64,000 nucleotides of DNA, from NCBI GenBank assembly GCA_965209055.1, contig OZ242374.1, positions 3,776,001 through 3,840,000 of the forward strand, read 5' to 3'. Numbering within the stretch: position 1 is the stretch's first letter; each line of letters opens with the position of its first letter. This stretch comes from Acidobacteriota bacterium (lineage in GTDB: Bacteria > Acidobacteriota > UBA6911 > RPQK01 > JAJDTT01). A program made the translations under genes and the position numbers. A model generated the notes under the pieces. That model had not been told where the DNA came from, searched no databases, and worked only from the letters and a program-made list of their open reading frames with translations. Below, in pieces: positions 58,493-64,000 of the stretch.

Positions 58493-60847
58493 TTACGCGT
58501 CACTCTGCCGTGGCATGCGGTAACCGACTTGACGCTCGGTGAAGATGTAGGTTGGGCTGGCCGCATCGTCGCCGAACTTTTGTCGGAGCTTCCTCACGAA
58601 GGTCCGGACCGTCCGGGAGTCGCTGGTGTCCCGCCGGCCCCACACCTGCCGTAACAATGCCCCATACGTTATTGTCCGGCCCGCATTTACCGACAGCGTT
58701 CGGAGCAACTCGTATTCAATGGCCGTCAGACGTACCGGTCGGCCTGACAGGGTCACCCGGCGATCCTCGTAGTGGATGGCCAACTCGCCCAATTGGAAGG
58801 ATCTGGGCGGCTCGCCGCGGCGGCGCAGAGCCGCGTGGACTCTTGCCACCAGCTCCGCTGGGGAGAAGGGCTTGACGATGTAGTCGGCGGCTCCCATCTC
58901 CAGGGCTTTGGCGATCATTTCGTCCCTTCCGTAGCCGGAGATGAAGATGACCGGCACACGGGCCATCTCGGGGATGCGTTCCATCAACTCGAATCCGTCG
59001 GTTCCAGGGAGTATCAGGTCCATCAGGACCAGCCGGGGCTGCTCCGTCGTGACGAGGTGAGGGACCTCTTCCGGGTCGCCCGTCATGAGCAGATGGTAAC
59101 CGGCCGTTACGAGAGAGTCCCGAACGTACCGGAGCGTCTGCGGATCATCGTCAACCACCAGGATTTGTGTTTTCCCTCTTTCCTCCCGAGGCAAACGAGA
59201 TAGACTCCGCGCGAAATCGGTCGCACCGCCGGTTCCGGTCTCTTCGGCCAGGGGAAGTGTGAAGGTAAGGCGCGCACCCAGACCCTCCCCGCCACTTTCC
59301 GCCCGGATGCGCCCCCCCTGAGCTTCCACCAGTCCCTTGCAGATGGCCAATCCCAGCCCGGTACCTCCGATTCCGCGGTCGCTGCCGCCGACACGCGTGT
59401 ACTTGCGGAACAGGTACGGCAGCATTTCCGGGGGCACCCCCTTGCCTTCGTCCGATACCGAGATCGCTACCTGGAAGTCCTGCCATTCCGCAGCGACCCG
59501 AATAGGAAAGGACTGGGGAGAGTGCTTGGCCGCGTTGGAGAAGAGGTTGTTCAAGACTTGGACGATACGCTTCCGGTCGGCCATCACCCAAGGCAGGTCA
59601 GGAGGCAGGTCGACTTGGATGGGATGCTTGCCGCCTCCGGTCGAAAACGTGTTCCTGGCTTGGTCCACCAAGCTGGCTACATCTGTAGGAACGGGGATCA
59701 CCGACAACGTGCCCGTCTCGATGCGCCCCGCATCCAGCAAGTCGTTGAGCAGGTCGTTCATGTGGTCGGCCTGCTGGTCGATGATGCGAAGGAAATGCTG
59801 AACGACGGTCGGATCTGGAGTCGCCGGGGCTAGTGCGGAGTTGGCCGATCCCTTGATGGAAGTCAGCGGAGCCCGCAACTCGTGGCTCACCATTCCCAGG
59901 AACTCGGTTCGCAATCGCTCCAGTTCCTCAATCGGCGCCATGTCCTGCACCGTGACGACCACCGACTCGTTCGTCCCGTCCTCGGACCGGATCGGCGTAG
60001 CGTTCATCAGTGTCGTGATACTCCGGCCGTCGGGGACTTGGATGACGGTTTCCTCGGCGCGTATTGCAGAAGCGTTGCTCAGTGCTTGCGCCACAGAAAG
60101 CTCTTCCAGCGAGATTTCCCATCCGTCCGGGCGGCTCAGAGTCACTGTCTCAAGTAGTTCCTCCACGGGGTGGCCCGGCGTGACCAAGCCTTGGACGATC
60201 CGCTTCATCTCCCGGTTGTATGAGACCGGCTTGCCGGTCTTGGCATCGAAGACCACCACCCCGACGGGCGAGATGTCGACCAGGGCCTCCAGATCGGCGC
60301 GGGCCCGTTGCTCGTTTCGGAACGCACGGGCGTTCGCAATCGCGGTCGCCGCCTGAGATCCGAACATCACCAGAACCTCTTCGTCCTCGCTCGTGAACTC
60401 CCGGCCCCCTTCCTTATCGCTTAGAAAGAAAGTGCCCACATACACACCCCGATGACGCATCGGGGTGCATTGAAAGGTCTTCCCCATTGCAAGATTTGCC
60501 GAATAACCCAGCGACCGGACATAGCCGGGCAAGTCTCGTAGTCGTAATGCCTCCGGGAGGTCCCGGAAGTGTTCGAAGATATGCACTCCGTCGGGGGAGT
60601 TCTCAAGCAGTTGCTGCTGGTCAGGGTTGAGGCCGGAAATGACACAGTCCTGCACCTGTCCCGAGTCATCGATGGTCACAATCACGCCGTTGCCGGCACG
60701 GGTCAGAGCGCGGGCGCTCTCCAGGACCTCCCGAAGGACGGTGTTGACGTCGAGGCTTGAGTTGATGCGCAGGATCGCCGAACCTAGTCTGGAGATCCTT
60801 TCCCGCAGTATTTTGTTCTCTCGTCTCAACTCGTCAGGACTTGTCAT
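58493..60847 (-). CDS. hybrid sensor-regulator GAF-PAS-HisKA-HATPase-REC-winged helix (OmpR-type), copy 2
   Basis: SHELRAPL, GTGLGLAIC, LMDLILPG and ERQVGYRM motifs; GAGGA RBS before MTSPDEL; the ORF is open to 61015. Confidence 0.92.
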   Translation of the reverse strand: MTSPDELRRENKILRERISRLGSAILRINSSLDVNTVLREVLESARALTRAGNGVIVTIDDSGQVQDCVISGLNPDQQQLLENSPDGVHIFEHFRDLPEALRLRDLPGYVRSLGYSANLAMGKTFQCTPMRHRGVYVGTFFLSDKEGGREFTSEDEEVLVMFGSQAATAIANARAFRNEQRARADLEALVDISPVGVVVFDAKTGKPVSYNREMKRIVQGLVTPGHPVEELLETVTLSRPDGWEISLEELSVAQALSNASAIRAEETVIQVPDGRSITTLMNATPIRSEDGTNESVVVTVQDMAPIEELERLRTEFLGMVSHELRAPLTSIKGSANSALAPATPDPTVVQHFLRIIDQQADHMNDLLNDLLDAGRIETGTLSVIPVPTDVASLVDQARNTFSTGGGKHPIQVDLPPDLPWVMADRKRIVQVLNNLFSNAAKHSPQSFPIRVAAEWQDFQVAISVSDEGKGVPPEMLPYLFRKYTRVGGSDRGIGGTGLGLAICKGLVEAQGGRIRAESGGEGLGARLTFTLPLAEETGTGGATDFARSLSRLPREERGKTQILVVDDDPQTLRYVRDSLVTAGYHLLMTGDPEEVPHLVTTEQPRLVLMDLILPGTDGFELMERIPEMARVPVIFISGYGRDEMIAKALEMGAADYIVKPFSPAELVARVHAALRRRGEPPRSFQLGELAIHYEDRRVTLSGRPVRLTAIEYELLRTLSVNAGRTITYGALLRQVWGRRDTSDSRTVRTFVRKLRQKFGDDAASPTYIFTERQVGYRMPRQSDA

Positions 60848-61006
60848 TTTCCCATCCTCGCCGGATCTCGAAACGGGACTCACCTGAACTTCGTCAACCG
60901 TCGCACCGCGGAGAACACCGGTTGGGAACATTGTGAACTCGTCAGGCATCGTTAGTGGAGTAGTGGCATGCGACAATAATTCAGAATTCATGATCCGGAC
61001 CTGCTC

Positions 61007-61023
61007 GTTCACCAACAGTTCAC
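61007..61023. promoter_or_regulatory. GTTCAC-N5-GTTCAC direct repeat, candidate OmpR-type box
   Basis: 11-bp period; about 160 bp upstream of the copy 2 start, similar to the distance seen for copy 1. Confidence 0.45.
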
Positions 61024-61257
61024 GCAGTCGCGTTCTCGCGAGCGTGGAATTAGCGGGGTGGGTGGCCGTTGGATTCAGAGTAGGGGGAACCTGGACACGG
61101 CGCTGCCAAGCTGCAATGAAACGCAGTAAAAGGATTGGCGCGCATCGTCAGCATGATCCGGGCCTGAACTTTCCCTATTATTCTGGAGCTTCAGGAACAT
61201 AGGGCACTACTGATCAGGGATAAAAAACCAAAGCGCACATGAAAGGGAGCCAGGTTG

Positions 61258-62040
61258 ATGATTAGAGGAAGTATGGCACTTGCGCTGTTTTGCATCGCGG
61301 CCCTTGCCGCTGGCGTGCCCGGACAGGAGGACTGGGAGGAAGGGCGCCGGCATTTCGGCAATGAGGACTACAAGCGCGCCCAAAAATCGCTGGAGCAAGC
61401 CGTGCGCAAGAATCCCGGCAGCTCGAAATTCCATTTCTGGCTGGGACTCGCCATGGGGCGAAGGGCCGAAAGTATGACGGGTTTCGGCCGTTTCCGGGCG
61501 ATGGGCCTGGCGAAGAAAGTCAAGGTGCAGTTCGAACGCGCCGTGCAACTCGACGGTTCGAATCTTGACGCTTTGGAAGCCCTCCAGAACTTCCACCTCA
61601 AAGCTCCCGGCATCGTGGGCGGAAACAAGGCGGAAGCTCGGAAGTTGGCCGATCGGATCAAACAGCTTGACAAGGCGCGAGGCGCCATCGCCTGGGCCCG
61701 CTGCTACAAACATGACAAGGACTTCGAGAATGCAGCCGCGCAGTATGCCTTGGCCCGCAAACTTGCTCCGGACAACACCGAATGCTTGGCTGAGCACGCC
61801 GCTTTCCTCTCCACGCGTCGCCAGCATGGGGAGAGCGACGAACTCTTCGACGCCGCGTTCGAACGGGATCCCGACAACCGCAAACTTTGGCTGACTGCGG
61901 CCAAATCGTGGATCGAAGCGAAGCGCTCATCCCTGTATCCGAGAGCGCGGAAGCTGCTGGAACGTTTTCTCGAGAACGCGAAATCGGTCCCGAACCTGGA
62001 CACCCCGTCTCAGGTCCGCAAGCTGTTGAAAAAGCTCTGA
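61258..62040 (+). CDS. exported tetratricopeptide repeat protein
   Basis: Signal peptide; HFWLGLAMG, FERAVQLD.SN..A, APGIVGG and YALARKL.P TPR patterns. Confidence 0.85.
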   Translation: MIRGSMALALFCIAALAAGVPGQEDWEEGRRHFGNEDYKRAQKSLEQAVRKNPGSSKFHFWLGLAMGRRAESMTGFGRFRAMGLAKKVKVQFERAVQLDGSNLDALEALQNFHLKAPGIVGGNKAEARKLADRIKQLDKARGAIAWARCYKHDKDFENAAAQYALARKLAPDNTECLAEHAAFLSTRRQHGESDELFDAAFERDPDNRKLWLTAAKSWIEAKRSSLYPRARKLLERFLENAKSVPNLDTPSQVRKLLKKL

Positions 62041-62130
62041 GGGCCGGCAGAGGTGCAGTGCCCGACAGCGTACGTGCTCGTAGAGTCGGACTCCTGAAAT
62101 TTGAAGCGTGTAAGATTTTCGCCTGACACC

Positions 62131-62367
62131 ATGCGGATCGCCATCAACATTCCGACGTCGATTTTGAAAGAGTTGAAGAGCATTCAGACAAAGGAAGGGG
62201 GTACATTGGACGAACTGGTCACCGGATTCTTGGCCGAGGGGCTCCGCGCGCGCTACGCTGGCCAAACCGATCCTGAACTTGACTGGAAGAGCAAATCGAT
62301 GCGCGCACGCGTAGACTTGACCGAGAAGGAGGCTGTCTACGCGATCATCGCTGCCGACGCATCTTAG
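62131..62367 (+). CDS. VapB-like antitoxin
   Basis: MRIAINIP..ILKELK.IQ.KEG.TL.ELV...LAEGL ... W.SK.M.ARVDL..KEAVYA; followed by a PIN fragment. Confidence 0.75.
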   Translation: MRIAINIPTSILKELKSIQTKEGGTLDELVTGFLAEGLRARYAGQTDPELDWKSKSMRARVDLTEKEAVYAIIAADAS

Positions 62368-62369
62368 AC

Positions 62370-62519
62370 TACACCATTGAAATCGTTGCGCGTGGCAACT
62401 TGGTGCCGGACGGACACGTGGCAACGCTGGCAAGAGTACATGGCGTCCGTGCCATCTACACTCACGATCGGGACTTCAGGAAATTCCCGTTTCTCAAAGT
62501 GGTCGATCCGGTTGCATAA
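62370..62519 (+). pseudogene. 3' remnant of a VapC PIN toxin
   Basis: ARGNLVPDGHVATLARVHGVRAIYTHDRDFRKFPFLKVVDPVA*; no start codon and no N-terminal PIN half. Confidence 0.75.
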
Positions 62520-62589
62520 CAGCCCGTGGTAAAAGTCGTCACGGCATTCGACCGTCCCTGCATCCCGGCGGGCTGCATTTTACGGGCTA

Positions 62590-64000
62590 GCCATGTCGTC
62601 TATTTATGTCCAGTACTGTACATAAGTGTCTGTTTATTATTGATTTATAAGGAGTTCGGGCGTCCGACGGTGTCCCATACCGATCCGCTTCGTCCCCTTG
62701 CATCCACGATATTATGGGGGTATAGTGGTGGGTATGACACTTGTGAAACGTCCCCCGAAACGCAAGCCGCGCGGGCGGCATCCCCTCAACGCCCTGACAC
62801 CGGTCTTTGTCCGCAACGTGAACCAGGCCGGACGCTACTGCGACGGCCAGGGCCTCTATCTCGACGTCCGGCCCACGGGCAGCCGGGGCTGGATTCAACG
62901 CCTCACCATCCGTGGCCGCCGAGCCGAGCTCGGACTCGGTGGTTACCCCCTGGTCTCGCTCAAGGAAGCGCGCGAGAAGGCGTTCGCCAACCGCAAGCTG
63001 GCCCGCGAGGGAGGCGACCCCCGGGCCGAAAAGCGGGAGTCTGTGGCGATGCCCACGTTCGCGGACGCCACCCGGACGGTCTGGAAGCAACTGCGGCCGG
63101 GCTGGCGCTCCTCCCGCCATGCGCGGCTCTGGCTGGGGAGCCTGGAGCACCACGCCTTTCCCCGCATCGGTGAGATGCCGGTTGCGGAGGTGACGAGTGC
63201 CGACGTGATCGGAATCCTCGCTCCGATCTGGCACGAGAAGGCGTCCACCGCCCGGAAGCTGCGCCAGCGCATCCGCGCGGTCCTGGAGTGGGCCGTGGCG
63301 ATGGATCTTCGGCCCGACAACCCCTGTGACCGGATCGGCCCGGTGCTTGGTGCGCAGGGGAAGGTAGTGCGTCACATGCGGGCGTTGCCCCACCGCGAGG
63401 TGGCAGCCGCACTTGAGTCGGTGCAGGGGTCCAACGCGCGGCCGGTGTTGAAGCTGGCCTTCGAGTTCCTGGTGCTGACGGCGACACGCTCCGGCGAGGT
63501 CCGCAGGGCCGCGTGGACGGAGATCGACCGGGAGGAGGGAGTATGGACCATTCCGGCCGCGCGGACGAAGGGGAATCGGGAGCATCGGGTCCCGCTCAGT
63601 CGTCGTTCGTTGGAGATCCTCAATCAGGTGCGGTCGGTCGGTGGCGTTGGCCCATTCGTGTTTCCGAGCGTGCGCGGCAAGCCAGTCGGAAACACGGCGA
63701 TGGCGGAGCTGCTCCGGAGGTTGGGGATCGCGGCGGTACCGCACGGCTTCCGGTCGAGTTTCCGGGACTGGGCGGCGGAGGAGACGGATCATCCGCGCGA
63801 GGTGGCGGAGGCGGCGCTGGCGCACAAGGTGCGCAACCCGATCGAGGCGGCCTACCGGCGCACGGACCTGTTCGAGCGCCGGCGTCGGCTCATGGACGAA
63901 TGGGCGGACTACCTGGCTGGCGAGAGTCGAAACCCGGCGGCCGTCCGGCTCCGTTGATCCGCCGTGCGTAGAGCGCCAGCTTGAAAGCCTGCGCGAAGCC
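62590..64000 (+). mobile_element. probable left end of an integrative element (AT-rich att-like region + integrase)
   Basis: AT-rich tract at 62600-62650 and TGGGGGTAT / TGGTGGGTAT repeats directly before the integrase ATG. Confidence 0.5.
62734..63957 (+). CDS. P4-like tyrosine integrase with N-terminal arm-binding domain
   Basis: GRYCDGQGLYL.V..G, LGLGGYP.VSLKEAR; catalytic R (ATRSGE), K (RTK), HGFR, LAH and AAY. Confidence 0.95.
   Translation: MTLVKRPPKRKPRGRHPLNALTPVFVRNVNQAGRYCDGQGLYLDVRPTGSRGWIQRLTIRGRRAELGLGGYPLVSLKEAREKAFANRKLAREGGDPRAEKRESVAMPTFADATRTVWKQLRPGWRSSRHARLWLGSLEHHAFPRIGEMPVAEVTSADVIGILAPIWHEKASTARKLRQRIRAVLEWAVAMDLRPDNPCDRIGPVLGAQGKVVRHMRALPHREVAAALESVQGSNARPVLKLAFEFLVLTATRSGEVRRAAWTEIDREEGVWTIPAARTKGNREHRVPLSRRSLEILNQVRSVGGVGPFVFPSVRGKPVGNTAMAELLRRLGIAAVPHGFRSSFRDWAAEETDHPREVAEAALAHKVRNPIEAAYRRTDLFERRRRLMDEWADYLAGESRNPAAVRLR

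Noticed and set aside
62520-62730. tRNA/tmRNA next to the integrase
   Set aside because: No cloverleaf, T-loop GTTCGA consensus or CCA end could be identified.

Overview
GC-rich bacterial chromosome segment. The gene content (Oar-like TonB receptor, DUF1501/PSD1-cytochrome c pairs, CehA/McbA-like hydrolases, DUF6178, P4-like integrase) suggests an Acidobacteriota-like organism, possibly host-associated; this is inference. The left ~34 kb is mostly housekeeping and metabolic: panCB, sppA, a three-gene ebo-like cluster, ehuBCD, xylonate dehydratase, two sodium:solute symporters, nfi, murB-murA and a Ski2-like helicase. It also carries a eukaryote-type hexokinase with altered sugar-binding residues. 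The right part is accessory: a PIN toxin-antitoxin module, a TonB receptor, a secreted HNH nuclease, a ~5 kb tandem duplication (PSD1/cytochrome c + DUF1501), two paralogous all-in-one GAF-PAS-kinase-receiver-winged-helix regulators, decayed TA/RM remnants and a tyrosine integrase. A family of GGAG/GTAG-footed REP-like hairpins with compensatory base changes is scattered throughout and has entered coding regions. No rRNA, tRNA or CRISPR array was seen. All family assignments are by motif recognition, not database search.
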